NCBI GenBank assembly: GCA_041666245.1
Contig: JBAYHG010000008.1
Location: 16,049 to 80,048 of the forward strand
Length of the DNA stretch: 64,000 bases
Direction: 5' to 3'
Origin: Candidatus Peribacteraceae bacterium
GTDB lineage: Bacteria > Patescibacteriota > Gracilibacteria > Peribacterales > Peribacteraceae
Below are positions 35,040 through 44,276 of this stretch, piece after piece. Under the pieces are notes generated by a model, which saw only the letters and a list, made by a program, of their open reading frames with translations, ran no database searches and was not told the DNA's origin. The position numbers and the translations under genes were made by a program. The number at the start of each line of letters is the position of its first letter. The stretch's first letter is position 1.

Positions 35040-35115
35040 TGGCAGGCGCGGTAGGGCTCGAACCTACGACCCCAGGTTTTGGAGACCTGTGCTCTACCAG
35101 CTGAGCTACGCGCCT
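35040..35115 (-). tRNA. tRNA-Trp (CCA anticodon), CCA end encoded
   Basis: Reverse complement: AGGCGCGTAGCTCAGCTGGTAGAGCACAGGTCTCCAAAACCTGGGGTCGTAGGTTCGAGCCCTACCGCGCCTGCCA. Cloverleaf with anticodon loop CTCCAAA. Confidence 0.9.
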
Positions 35116-35147
35116 ACGTGATAAGGAACTTCCTCTATTGTAGCTTT

Positions 35148-37496
35148 TTATCCTCGTCTCCTCCACTTACTCGGCCCGCGCGCACGCCTCTTGGCGAGCA
35201 ACTCCGCGGCCTGATCCAGCGTGATGGTGCCGGGGGAGAGTTTCTTGCCGAGTGAGGCATTCGTCTTTCCGTCGCTCACATAGGGACCGTATCGGCCATC
35301 CTTCACCGCAATCGGACTCCCGGTGGCGGGGTCGGTGCCGAGCGTCCGGAGCGACTCGGCAGCTTTCTTTTTCTGCTCTTTGGAGGCGTGCATCAGCTCT
35401 TTCGCCTGCTCGAACGTGACGGTCAGCGGATCGATGCCTTTCAAGCTCACCGATGCCTCGCCGCACTTGAGGTACGGACCGAAACGCCCGATGGCGAGCA
35501 CGACCGGCTCGCCGTCCAGGAGCCCCAGATCCTTCGGGAAGGAAAGCAGCGCCAGCGCCTGCTCGAAGGTGACATCATCGACGGAAATGTGCTTCGGGAT
35601 TGATGCACTCTTGAGCTTGATCTTCTTCTTTCCTTTCCCCTTGGCCTCCGGAAGATCCTCCGGCCGGCCGAGTTGAACATACGGACCGAAGCGTCCTGTG
35701 CGTGCCACCACCGCCATGCCGGACTTCTCGTCCGTGCCGAGAATGCGCTCCTTGAGGACATCTTTCTTGGAGATCTCCTTCGTCTTGTCCTTCACGAGCT
35801 GCTCGAAGGGGCCGAAGAACGCGCGGAGGAACGCCGAGCCTTTCATTCCGCCCTCGGCGATGTCATCCAGGGACTGCTCCATCTTGGCCGTGAACGTGAG
35901 GTCCACGATATCGGTGAAGTGCTCCGCGAGGAGATCGGTGACGGTCATCGCGATGTCCTCCGGGATCAGTTGCTTGTTCTCCTTCTTGATGTATCCGCGC
36001 TGCTGAATGGTGGAGATGGTGGGAGCGTACGTGCTCGGCCGCCCGATGCCCTCCTCTTCCAGCTTCTTCACCAGACTCGCCTCGGTGTAGCGCGGGGGCG
36101 GCTTCGTGAAGTGCTGCTCGGGCTTCAGCTCCTCCAGATCCAGCGGGTCGCCTTCGTGCAACGGCGGCAGCAACTTCGCTCCCTCTTCAATGTCCTCTTC
36201 GGTACGGGCGTCTCCCTCATCCCGATCCTCGCGGTACACGCGGAGGAAGCCGTCGAAGAGGATGGTCTGGCCCGTAGCGCGGAAGGTGTAGCGGCCGGCG
36301 GTGATGTCCGCGCCGACGCGCTTCAGCTCCGCCTGCGCCATCTGCGTGGCCATCGTGCGATTCCAGATGAGCGTGTAGAGCTTGAGCTGCTGGTGATCGA
36401 GGATGCTTCCGAGGGACTCCGGCGTGCGCGAGACTTCCGTGGGGCGGATGGCTTCGTGCGCCTCCTGCGCGCCCTTGCTCTTCGTCTTGTAGCGACGCGG
36501 CTCGGCGAGAACGTACTCACGACCGTACTGTTTCTCGATCGTTGCCTTGCAGTCCTGGAGCGCCTTGTCACTCAGGTTCACCGAGTCCGTGCGCATGTAC
36601 GTGATGAGACCCATCATCCCCTCGCCCTTGCCGAGACTGACGCCCTCGTAGAGTTGCTGCGCCACGGCCATCGTCTGCTTCACGGAGAAACCGAGCTTGC
36701 GAGAGCCCTCCTGCTGGAGCGTGGAAGTGGTGAAGGGCGGCGGCGGCGTCTTCTTCAGCTCCTTCTCGTCCGTGGACCCGACGCTGTAGGACGCGTTCTT
36801 GAGCTCCGTGAGAACCGCATCCGTTTCGTCCTGCGTTCCCGGAACGAATTTCTTGCCGTCACGCTTGCTGAGTCCGGCAGTGAAGGATTCTTTCTTGGCG
36901 GTGTCGAGCAGCGCTTCGACCGTCCAGTACTCCTCCGGTTTGAACGCTTTGATCTCGCGCTCACGGTCCACGATAATCTTCACCGCGACGGATTGGACGC
37001 GCCCCGCGCTGAGCCCACGGTACACCTTCTTCCAGAGGAACGGCGAGAGCGTGTAGCCGACGAGCCGGTCCAGAACGCGGCGCGCCTGCTGCGCGTCGAC
37101 GAGCTTCATGTCGAGCGTGCGCGGATGCGCGACGGCTTCTTTGATGGCTGTCTCCGTAATCTCATGGAAGACGATGCGCTTGATCGTCTTGGGATCTTTC
37201 TTCAGAACCTGTGTGAGGTGCCAGCCGATAGCTTCCCCCTCGCGGTCCTCATCAGTCGCGATCCAGAGCTCCTCCGCCTCCTTCGCCGCGGCTTTCAATT
37301 TCTTCACGACGGATTTCTTCTCGTCGGGGACCTCGTACTCGGGCTCAAAGTCGCCTTCCGTATCCACGGCGAGAGAGCTCGAAGGCAAATCGCGGATGTG
37401 TCCCATGCTCGCCTCCACCGCGAAGTCCTTCCCGAGGAAGCGCTTGATGGTCTTGGCCTTGGCCGGTGACTCGACGATGACGAGATTTTGAGGCAT
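35148..37496 (-). CDS. topA: DNA topoisomerase I
   Basis: Toprim N-terminus MPQNLVIVESPAKAKTIKRFLGKDFAVEASMGHIRDLP; 782 aa with C-terminal repeats of GRFGPY-type zinc-ribbon-derived modules. Confidence 0.95.
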   Translation of the reverse strand: MPQNLVIVESPAKAKTIKRFLGKDFAVEASMGHIRDLPSSSLAVDTEGDFEPEYEVPDEKKSVVKKLKAAAKEAEELWIATDEDREGEAIGWHLTQVLKKDPKTIKRIVFHEITETAIKEAVAHPRTLDMKLVDAQQARRVLDRLVGYTLSPFLWKKVYRGLSAGRVQSVAVKIIVDREREIKAFKPEEYWTVEALLDTAKKESFTAGLSKRDGKKFVPGTQDETDAVLTELKNASYSVGSTDEKELKKTPPPPFTTSTLQQEGSRKLGFSVKQTMAVAQQLYEGVSLGKGEGMMGLITYMRTDSVNLSDKALQDCKATIEKQYGREYVLAEPRRYKTKSKGAQEAHEAIRPTEVSRTPESLGSILDHQQLKLYTLIWNRTMATQMAQAELKRVGADITAGRYTFRATGQTILFDGFLRVYREDRDEGDARTEEDIEEGAKLLPPLHEGDPLDLEELKPEQHFTKPPPRYTEASLVKKLEEEGIGRPSTYAPTISTIQQRGYIKKENKQLIPEDIAMTVTDLLAEHFTDIVDLTFTAKMEQSLDDIAEGGMKGSAFLRAFFGPFEQLVKDKTKEISKKDVLKERILGTDEKSGMAVVARTGRFGPYVQLGRPEDLPEAKGKGKKKIKLKSASIPKHISVDDVTFEQALALLSFPKDLGLLDGEPVVLAIGRFGPYLKCGEASVSLKGIDPLTVTFEQAKELMHASKEQKKKAAESLRTLGTDPATGSPIAVKDGRYGPYVSDGKTNASLGKKLSPGTITLDQAAELLAKRRARGPSKWRRRG

Positions 37497-37876
37497 GAAG
37501 AAAAGTGTTGGGATGCGATGGGGGAGACTAGTCGTGCAGCACGGATGCTGTCAAAAGGAAGAGAACGTGTGATGCCCGGAACCTGCGCGCATCGAACATG
37601 CATCTCCGAGATGCAGCGTTGTGTCAGAGAAATGGAAGCTGGAAATTTCGCTTCGTGAAGCCGATTGACAAACATAGTTTACAGGACACGATGCAAGATT
37701 TTGGCTAACTGTAGCCATCCCTCCGACTCACGTTTGTATTCAATCTTTTTGGCTTCCGGAAGCCAGTGTTATGTCTGATTGCCTTGTGTAAGCCAAAAGA
37801 TCGCTCAGGTGGCCTTGCGACGCAATATTCACAGCGTAAACTTCCAATCGTCATATTTCCTTCCCCCTTCCCTTCT

Positions 37877-38152
37877 ATGTCCAAGCAGGAACTGATCGCC
37901 GCGATCGCGGACGCCGCTGGCATCACCAAGCGCGCCGCCGGTGACGCCTTGCAGGCGATCATCAATATCGTCATCAAGAACCTGAAGAAGGGCCAGCCGG
38001 TCACGGTCACGGGCTTCGGGACGTTCAAGCTCAGCCATCGCGCTGCACGCATGGGCGTCAACCCCCGCAACCCGACCCAGAAGATCTCCATCCCGGCGAT
38101 GAAGGTCCCCTCCTTCAAGGCAGGCAAGACCCTCAAGGACGCCGTCCGGTAA
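37877..38152 (+). CDS. hup: HU-family DNA-binding protein
   Basis: MSKQELIAAIADAAGITKRAAGDALQAIINIVIKNLKKGQPVTVTGFGTFKLSHRAARMGVNPRNPTQKISIPAMKVPSFKAGKTLKDAV is a canonical HU. Confidence 0.9.
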   Translation: MSKQELIAAIADAAGITKRAAGDALQAIINIVIKNLKKGQPVTVTGFGTFKLSHRAARMGVNPRNPTQKISIPAMKVPSFKAGKTLKDAVR

Positions 38153-38176
38153 TCAGTATCGCGTCAGTTGGAAAAG

Positions 38177-38201
38177 GCCTCCGTAATCCGGAGGCTTTTT
38201 T
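38177..38201 (+). terminator. Intrinsic terminator of hup
   Basis: Stem gcctccg (38177-38183) / cggaggc (38189-38195), loop taatc, followed by TTTTTT (38196-38201). Confidence 0.8.
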
Positions 38202-38214
38202 CGTTTCCGGAGTT

Positions 38215-38327
38215 TTTGAATATTTGAGTATTAGAATATTAGAGTATTCGGGTTTGCTGATAAGCGCTCGCTGTAGAGAGACGCATCTCGAAGATCTCAA
38301 ATATTCGAATATTCTAGTACTCTAATC
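38215..38327. repeat. Tandem-word fold-back repeat (words GAGTATT/GAATATT)
   Basis: Left arm: tttgaatatttgagtattagaatattagagtattcg. Right arm: caaatattcgaatattctagtactctaatc. It shares the 15-mer gaatattagagtatt with the array at 61585-61600. Confidence 0.6.
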
Positions 38328-38381
38328 TCTTCTCCGCCTAGAAAAGGAACTTCGTTATTCCCAAGCGTCCCTGTCCCCGGT

Positions 38382-38927
38382 ATGATGCCGCTACTCACCA
38401 TGGATGCTTCGATGATCAAAGACATTCTCGGCTCGCTCCTCAAGAATCTCCCTTTCACCGTCACGGAGATCGTCGTGACGGAGGAGAAGGATGTGACGCG
38501 CGTGGACCTGAAGTCCGACGACGCCAGCCGCATCATCGGGTGGCACGGCGAGACGCTGAACGCCGTCCAGCACCTGCTCAAGTCCATCATCCGGTCGAAG
38601 GAGAATCTGGAGAAGAGCCCCTTCATCGTGGTGGATATCGACGGCTACCGCCGCAGTCAAGAAGAGAAAGTCTGCCGCATTGCCGACCAAAAAGCTGACT
38701 TCGTCCGCCGCACGGGCAACCGCATCGCGCTGGCGCCGATGTCGCCTTATTTCCGCCGCATCGTGCACATGTACGTGGCCAACGCGCCGCAGCTTCAGGA
38801 CCTCACGACGGAGAGCGTGGGCGAGGGCGAGTACCGCCAGATCGTCCTGCGCATGAAAGAAGAACAGAGCGAAGAATTGTCACCTGTGATGAGTGAGGAT
38901 GCGGGGTTGGAGAATTTGGACGTTTAG
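38382..38927 (+). CDS. jag: Jag/KhpB-like RNA-binding protein (KH plus R3H domains)
   Basis: KH-type ASRIIGWHGETLNAVQHLLKSII and R3H-type MSPYFRRIVHMYVAN. No Jag_N domain is visible. Confidence 0.75.
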   Translation: MMPLLTMDASMIKDILGSLLKNLPFTVTEIVVTEEKDVTRVDLKSDDASRIIGWHGETLNAVQHLLKSIIRSKENLEKSPFIVVDIDGYRRSQEEKVCRIADQKADFVRRTGNRIALAPMSPYFRRIVHMYVANAPQLQDLTTESVGEGEYRQIVLRMKEEQSEELSPVMSEDAGLENLDV

Positions 38928-38929
38928 TA

Positions 38930-38994
38930 CAATTGATAATTGATAATGGATAATTGAAAATTTCGGATAATTATCAATTTTCCATTTTCCATTC
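38930..38994. repeat. Tandem-word repeat (TGATAAT/GGATAAT then complement GGAAAAT words), weaker fold-back
   Basis: Sequence: caattgataattgataatggataattgaaaatttcggataattatcaattttccattttccattc. It shares the 13-mer tcaattttccatt with the right arm at 613-647. Confidence 0.45.
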
Positions 38995-39006
38995 GTGCGA
39001 GCGGCG

Positions 39007-40092
39007 TCACCCGCGAGCGCGCTTCCACTCCTCCAAAATCTTCCTCTCTTCCCGCGAAAGCTTGGTCGGCACTTTGACCTTCACCGTGACGAAGTGATCG
39101 CCGAAGCGGGACGTACTGAGGACGGGCAACCCCTTTCCTTTGATCCGGAGAATGGCGTCGGGCTGGGTGCCTTCGGGAATCTTGAATGAAACTTTTCCCT
39201 GCACCGTCTCGACGTCCACGGTTGTGCCGAGGGTGGCATCAAGGACACCGAGGTCAAGATTGGAACGGATGTCCGCACCCTCGCGCTGGAAACGCGGGTC
39301 GGGACGGACACGGACATGCACGTAGAGATCTCCCGCTTGAGCTCCCCTGCGTCCCGCCTCACCCTCGCCACGGAGCCTCAGCTGCTGCCCGTCATCGATG
39401 CCGGCGGGGATATCGACGGTGACTGTCTCGGTCTTCTGGATGCGACCCTCGCCGTCACACTCCTTGCACGGCTTCTCGGGAACCTTGCCGCTGCCGCGAC
39501 ACTTCGGGCAGACCGTGCGCTGCTGGATCGCACCAAAGAAGGACTGTGCCGTGCGCGTTACCTGGCCCGTGCCACCGCACTCGGAACATGTGATGACGGA
39601 CGAACCCGGTTCCGCTCCGCCGCCCTTGCACCGATCACACGCACGCAGCCGCCGGATTTTGAACTGGCGCCTCGCTCCGGTGACGACGTCTGAGAATTCG
39701 ATCAACACCTCCACCTCCGTGCTCTGTCCCTCCTGCTCCCGCGCGGCACGTCTCCCGCCGCCGCCGAAGAATCCCTCGAAGAGATCGGAGAACGATTCCG
39801 CCCCGCCGAAGTCGAATCCGCTGAAATCAAACCCCCCCTGTCCGCCGCCGAATCCGCCTCCCGCCTGCCCGTTCACTCCGGCCTCGCCGAACTGATCGTA
39901 CGCCTGCTTCTTCTGCGGATTGGAGAGGACCTCGTACGCCTCGTTGATCTCCTTGAACTTCCGCTCCGCTTCCTTATTCCCCTTATGTTTATCCGGGTGC
40001 AGCTCTTTGCTCAGGCGGCGGTACGCCTTCTTGATATCGTCGGGGGAAGCCCCCTTGGACAAGCCCAAAACACCGTAGAAATCCTTGGCCAT
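39007..40092 (-). CDS. dnaJ: Molecular chaperone DnaJ
   Basis: J-domain MAKDFYGVLGLSKGASPDDIKKAYRRLSKELHPDK, a G/F-rich region, and four CxxCxGxG zinc-finger motifs. Confidence 0.95.
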   Translation of the reverse strand: MAKDFYGVLGLSKGASPDDIKKAYRRLSKELHPDKHKGNKEAERKFKEINEAYEVLSNPQKKQAYDQFGEAGVNGQAGGGFGGGQGGFDFSGFDFGGAESFSDLFEGFFGGGGRRAAREQEGQSTEVEVLIEFSDVVTGARRQFKIRRLRACDRCKGGGAEPGSSVITCSECGGTGQVTRTAQSFFGAIQQRTVCPKCRGSGKVPEKPCKECDGEGRIQKTETVTVDIPAGIDDGQQLRLRGEGEAGRRGAQAGDLYVHVRVRPDPRFQREGADIRSNLDLGVLDATLGTTVDVETVQGKVSFKIPEGTQPDAILRIKGKGLPVLSTSRFGDHFVTVKVKVPTKLSREERKILEEWKRARG

Positions 40093-40155
40093 TTCCCTCT
40101 CAGCATAGCGAAAGTTGGGCTGTAAACGAAGCCCTGTTTATGGTAGAATGTTCTG

Positions 40156-41193
40156 ATGCCCTCACTGAAACAAACATCACGAATTCTCAGCCTTCTCACG
40201 CTCTCCTTTGCGGCTTGCGCAACCGGTCTCGGATGGTCACTCTGGAACGCCGGAATGCCTCCCGTTGCAGCACTCTCACTGCCGAAGATCGGATACGATC
40301 CATGGACCACACTCGATTATGAGGAACTGGAGGACGGGGCGACGGTCCCTGCCAACGTGAACGTGATCTTCCGCCTGCCCATCGACATGCCGCTGACCAG
40401 GAGGGATACGCTCTTGGGGAACCTCGGCGAAGACGTGCGATACTGGGGTTACTGCTTCTACAACAAAGATGATCCGGAGGACTCACGTCAGAGCAACGGG
40501 TTCCCCGGACGCATGTTCCTCTCTGAAGCGGAGCGCGATGTCCGCGAACGACAGGTCATGCAACAGGCGGGGCGCTACTCCATCTTCGATCCACCCACAC
40601 AAGCCGAGCTGGAACGGGATGATGCGATATTGCAGTTCCACAGCAATATCCGTCACCAGATCGAAGTCTTCCACGGCGGACAGAGCTGCTACATCCAGAC
40701 ATCTGCACCGTTGCCGATCGGCGTCGATCGCGACGACGACGGACTGAACACGGCGCTGGAGAAACAGTACGGGACGGATCCCACGACGCCTGACACGGAC
40801 CAGGACAATGCGTCGGACAGCGTGGAAGTGCTCTACCTCCACACCAACCCTCTCGATCCGGATTCCGATGGCGACAACCTGCTCGACGGCATTGAAGTGC
40901 ACGGACACTCACACATCACCGCCGAAGACACGAACCCCCTCAATCCGGATTCCGATGGCGACACGCTCTGTGACGGTTACTGCGTCGTGGACAGAAATCG
41001 TCGCTACTGTCCCGTGGATGATACGAGCAATTGCATCGAAACGGTCAATCGCTGGGCCGGCGAGGACAAGAACCTCAACGGCACCGTCGATGAAGGCGAG
41101 AGCAACCCGCTCCTGAAGGACAGCAACAGCGACGGAATCTACGATGAACAGGATTTCTACAACTGTCTCCTCAATGGAGGCACGGATTGCTAA
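40156..41193 (+). CDS. Secreted/lipo-protein with thrombospondin type-3-like calcium-binding repeats
   Basis: Signal/lipobox-like LLTLSFAAC. Repeated DxDxDGxxDxxE motifs: DPDSDGDNLLDGIE, NPDSDGDTLCDG, DRDDDGLNTALE, DSNSDGIYDEQD. Confidence 0.7.
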   Translation: MPSLKQTSRILSLLTLSFAACATGLGWSLWNAGMPPVAALSLPKIGYDPWTTLDYEELEDGATVPANVNVIFRLPIDMPLTRRDTLLGNLGEDVRYWGYCFYNKDDPEDSRQSNGFPGRMFLSEAERDVRERQVMQQAGRYSIFDPPTQAELERDDAILQFHSNIRHQIEVFHGGQSCYIQTSAPLPIGVDRDDDGLNTALEKQYGTDPTTPDTDQDNASDSVEVLYLHTNPLDPDSDGDNLLDGIEVHGHSHITAEDTNPLNPDSDGDTLCDGYCVVDRNRRYCPVDDTSNCIETVNRWAGEDKNLNGTVDEGESNPLLKDSNSDGIYDEQDFYNCLLNGGTDC

Positions 41194-41218
41194 GAAACGC
41201 GTTTTCCGCTACAATACT

Positions 41219-41725
41219 ATGATGCTCACGATCCTCACTGCCATCATTCTCGGACTCTCACAACCCCGGCAGGCACTGGCCTACCTGACGCCGGAGGAAG
41301 TACTGCTCCGTGAGCAGGCCAGTTTCTACTCGCTGCCGGACCCGTATCTGACTCCCAACTCCCGACGCGTACGCTCCATCGTCGATGAACGGGCGCAGGA
41401 ACGGACAGCGAAGTACCCGGACCCTTCGCCCGTTCTCCATGCAGCCGCAGAGGATTCCTCTTCGTCGGGAGCGATTGAAACGGAGGAGGCGAGTACTTCG
41501 TCCGAGGGCGGGTCGACCGGAGACAACACGGACCTGAGCGTGGTGGAACTGCGCCTCCTCGAACGCTACGAGCGTCGGGCCATCGCCGCCAACAGCGTCC
41601 TCTCGCACCAGAGCGCGCCGCTGACTCCCACGGGACCGGAAGCGTACGCAACGGTGGCGATCATGCTCGGATCCGTCGGATGGACGATGTATCGGGCGAA
41701 GAGAGCGAAGGGGTGGAAATTCTGA
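41219..41725 (+). CDS. Hypothetical protein with signal peptide and C-terminal TM anchor
   Basis: MMLTILTAIILGLSQPRQALA signal and AYATVAIMLGSVGWTMY near the C-terminus. No family recognised. Confidence 0.5.
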   Translation: MMLTILTAIILGLSQPRQALAYLTPEEVLLREQASFYSLPDPYLTPNSRRVRSIVDERAQERTAKYPDPSPVLHAAAEDSSSSGAIETEEASTSSEGGSTGDNTDLSVVELRLLERYERRAIAANSVLSHQSAPLTPTGPEAYATVAIMLGSVGWTMYRAKRAKGWKF

Positions 41726-41806
41726 AGGCAGAAACGTGAGGAAAGGCAGAAATGGCAGGGAGGTATTTTGCATAGGGAACGTTTCTGCCCTCCGTTCCCC
41801 GCCTCC
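41724..41806. repeat. Tandem-word fold-back repeat (word AAGGCAG), sister copy of 30745..30838
   Basis: Left arm: gaaggcagaaacgtgaggaaaggcagaaatggcagggagg. Right arm: gtttctgccctccgttccccgcctcc. Confidence 0.65.
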
Positions 41807-41913
41807 ATAGAACGCCTTTTTCTCTTTCTAAAAGCCAAAAAGTTGGTGTGCAAGAAATGGTTTGCATGCCGCGCACTCCGGAGAATACCGGGCCTCTGCT
41901 ACCGTGTGCACCG

Positions 41914-43587
41914 ATGACCAAAGTGTCGCTCACCGGCAGGGAATGGCGCTTCGAAGAAAGAGATGCCGAGGATCCCGGCATCCTTCTCTCCCGTCTTGCC
42001 GGGCTGCGTTCCATCGACCTCGGAGCGTCGGCCCCGCTTCCGTTCGAGAGCACGGATCACCAGCCGCCCGACCTCGCCCGGGCGATCGAGCGACTGAAGC
42101 TGGCCTTCTCACGTGACGAACGCATCGCCGTCTTCGGGGACTATGACTGTGACGGCATTACGGCAGCCGCGCTCATGGCGCGGTTTCTCGCACGTCACGG
42201 CACACACCCTCTGATCCGGCTTCCGCACAGGCTCCATGACGGTTACGGACTGAAAGAGGAGAACGTACGACACCTGAAGGACGAGGGAATCAGTCTCCTC
42301 ATCACCGTGGACACGGGTGTCTCCGCGGGACCCGCTCTGCACCTCGCGAAGGAATGCGGAATGGACGTGATCGTGATCGACCACCACCACCTGCCACAGC
42401 GCCTGCCGGACACGATAGCGATCCTGCACCCGCTCCTCGCAGGATACGACCAGAGCCCCCCCTCGGCCGCAGGACTCGCCTACGGCGTCATCGCAGCCTA
42501 CGAACGAGAGGAGGGGAGGGATGACTGGGAGGGAAAATCCGGGGACCTGGCACTCGCCGCCACGGGGACCGTCGCCGATCTTGTGGAACTCCGCGGGACG
42601 AACCGCTCCCTCGTGACGCAGGGTCTCGCCGCGTTCGGCTGCCTCTCGCCTGACGAACCGATCGGGAAGCTCGCACGACAGGCGGGTATCACGGGCGTCC
42701 CGACGAGCTCCGATATCGCCTACCGCATCGCCCCACGGCTGAATGCCGCCGGCCGCATGGCGGATCCATCGATCGCGCTGCGGGCAATTCTGGACGGAGA
42801 TGACGCGCTTGCGACGCTCGAACAGCTCAACCGCGACCGACAGAGTGAGACGCTGCGGCTGCTCAAAGATCTCGACCAATCGCCTCTCGATCTCTCGCTC
42901 CCGCTCCTCCTCCTCGCAGACGAGAAGTACCCCGCAGGCATCGTGGGACTCATCGCGGGGAGGCTGACGGAAGCGCACGGACGTCCAAGCTTCGTGGCAC
43001 AGATCCAGGGCGATGTCTGCACGGCATCGTTGCGCAGCATCCCCGGCTATCACATCACGGAAGCACTGCGCCACGCATCCGATCTCCTCCTCTCCTTCGG
43101 CGGACATGCGATGGCGGCGGGCTGCACCTTCCGGACCGAACTCCTTCCGCAACTCACCGATCGTCTCCTCGCACATGCTTCCGAACGTCTGAACGCGGCA
43201 GAGCTTCGCCCGATCCTCGAGATCGACGCCGCCCTCGACACCACGGGGGTCACGCTCGCACTCTGCGAAACACTCTCGAAGCTGGAGCCGTTCGGACAGG
43301 GAAACCGCGAGCCGCGCTTCATCCTCTCCAACGTGATGATCAGCAACATGAGGCGTGTCGGAAAGGACGGTGTACACCTCCAGGCACGCGTTGGCGGCCT
43401 CAAAGGAATTGGGTTTCGTCTGGGAACTCTCCTCCCACAAATCAACGATGCAGTGGATGTCGCCTGTCGTCTCTCCATTGACGCATGGGAAGGGAAGAGC
43501 CAACCGCAGCTCCTCATCGAGGACGTGAGAGCAGCAGAAGATGCTCCTATTCCTACGGCATCGAAACATTTCTCGTTAGCTGGTTAG
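41914..43587 (+). CDS. recJ: Single-stranded-DNA-specific exonuclease RecJ
   Basis: DHH-family motifs: IAVFGDYDCDGITAAALM, LLITVDTGV, VIVIDHHH. Start uncertain (41848 or 41914). Confidence 0.85.
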   Translation: MTKVSLTGREWRFEERDAEDPGILLSRLAGLRSIDLGASAPLPFESTDHQPPDLARAIERLKLAFSRDERIAVFGDYDCDGITAAALMARFLARHGTHPLIRLPHRLHDGYGLKEENVRHLKDEGISLLITVDTGVSAGPALHLAKECGMDVIVIDHHHLPQRLPDTIAILHPLLAGYDQSPPSAAGLAYGVIAAYEREEGRDDWEGKSGDLALAATGTVADLVELRGTNRSLVTQGLAAFGCLSPDEPIGKLARQAGITGVPTSSDIAYRIAPRLNAAGRMADPSIALRAILDGDDALATLEQLNRDRQSETLRLLKDLDQSPLDLSLPLLLLADEKYPAGIVGLIAGRLTEAHGRPSFVAQIQGDVCTASLRSIPGYHITEALRHASDLLLSFGGHAMAAGCTFRTELLPQLTDRLLAHASERLNAAELRPILEIDAALDTTGVTLALCETLSKLEPFGQGNREPRFILSNVMISNMRRVGKDGVHLQARVGGLKGIGFRLGTLLPQINDAVDVACRLSIDAWEGKSQPQLLIEDVRAAEDAPIPTASKHFSLAG

Positions 43588-44049
43588 CATGTTAGCTCGT
43601 TATGTACTTCAAGACGTTCGAAGAAATTGAGGTGTGGCAGGCAGCGAGGCTTCTCATGAGAAAAGTTAGAATATTCACACGTCGAGCGATGGAAAAGAAA
43701 GATTGGGGATGGGCAGATCAAGTGACACGCTCAACTCTCTCCATTATGGCGAACATCGCAGAGGGAAATGACGCTCAAACGAATGTGGAATTCATCATGT
43801 ACCTTGGATATGCAAAAAGATCGGGCGCAGAAACACGTTCACATTTGTATTACGGGTTGGATGAAGGATATGTCCTGAAAGAAGAATTTGAGGATACCAT
43901 TCAGTTGTGCAGGAAAATAACCGCACAGCTGGGGAAACTGATTCAATACTTGCAACAGCACAGAGCTGCAAAACATAGAGGCGTCTCTTCATGAACAACC
44001 AGCTAACGAGCTAACTCGTCAACGAGCTAACAAATTTGTGACGAGCTCC
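43574..44049. mobile_element. Cassette: four-helix-bundle gene bracketed by inverted GCTAAC-word arms (IVS-like architecture outside rRNA)
   Basis: Left arm 43574-43601: cgttagctggttagcatgttagctcgtt. Right arm 43994-44049: aacaaccagctaacgagctaactcgtcaacgagctaacaaatttgtgacgagctcc. The interior is visibly AT-richer than its flanks. Confidence 0.45.
43602..43994 (+). CDS. Four-helix-bundle protein (23S rRNA intervening-sequence protein / Avd-like family)
   Basis: FEEIEVWQAARLLMRKVRIFT, TRSTLSIMANIAEGN and YLGYAKRSGAETRSHLYYGLDEGYV match the TIGR02436-type pattern as I recall it. Confidence 0.8.
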   Translation: MYFKTFEEIEVWQAARLLMRKVRIFTRRAMEKKDWGWADQVTRSTLSIMANIAEGNDAQTNVEFIMYLGYAKRSGAETRSHLYYGLDEGYVLKEEFEDTIQLCRKITAQLGKLIQYLQQHRAAKHRGVSS

Positions 44050-44051
44050 TT

Positions 44052-44276
44052 TTAGACCGGGGCCAGTTTACCTTCCATGAAGAACACATCCGTAACCTCG
44101 GCGCTCAGTGCAGAGGCGATCTTGTAGGCGAGGAGAACGGACGGATTGGTGCGACCGCGCTCGATGGACATGATGGTCTGGCGACTCACACCTGTGCGCA
44201 GCGCAAGTTCCTCCTGTGTCATGCTCCGCTCGAAACGGAGGCGGCGGATGGCATTCTTCAGGAGGATGGCAGGCAT
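44052..44276 (-). CDS. XRE-family helix-turn-helix transcriptional regulator (74 aa)
   Basis: LRFERSMTQEELALRTGVSRQTIMSIERGRTNPSVLLAYKIASAL is a classical Cro/C1 HTH. ATG at 44276. Confidence 0.75.
   Translation of the reverse strand: MPAILLKNAIRRLRFERSMTQEELALRTGVSRQTIMSIERGRTNPSVLLAYKIASALSAEVTDVFFMEGKLAPV

Noticed and set aside
35673-37469. 598-aa plus-strand ORF opposite topA
   Set aside because: The minus-strand frame encodes an unmistakable topoisomerase I. The plus-strand product is Arg/Leu/Glu-rich low-information sequence typical of antisense ORFs.
42109-43569. 486-aa minus-strand ORF opposite recJ
   Set aside because: The plus-strand frame carries the DHH/RecJ motifs. The antisense product has no motifs and an Arg/Glu/Val-rich composition.
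43574-44049. Diversity-generating retroelement (the four-helix-bundle protein as Avd)
   Set aside because: No reverse transcriptase ORF and no template/variable repeat pair are visible anywhere in the window. Only the Avd-like fold family is shared.
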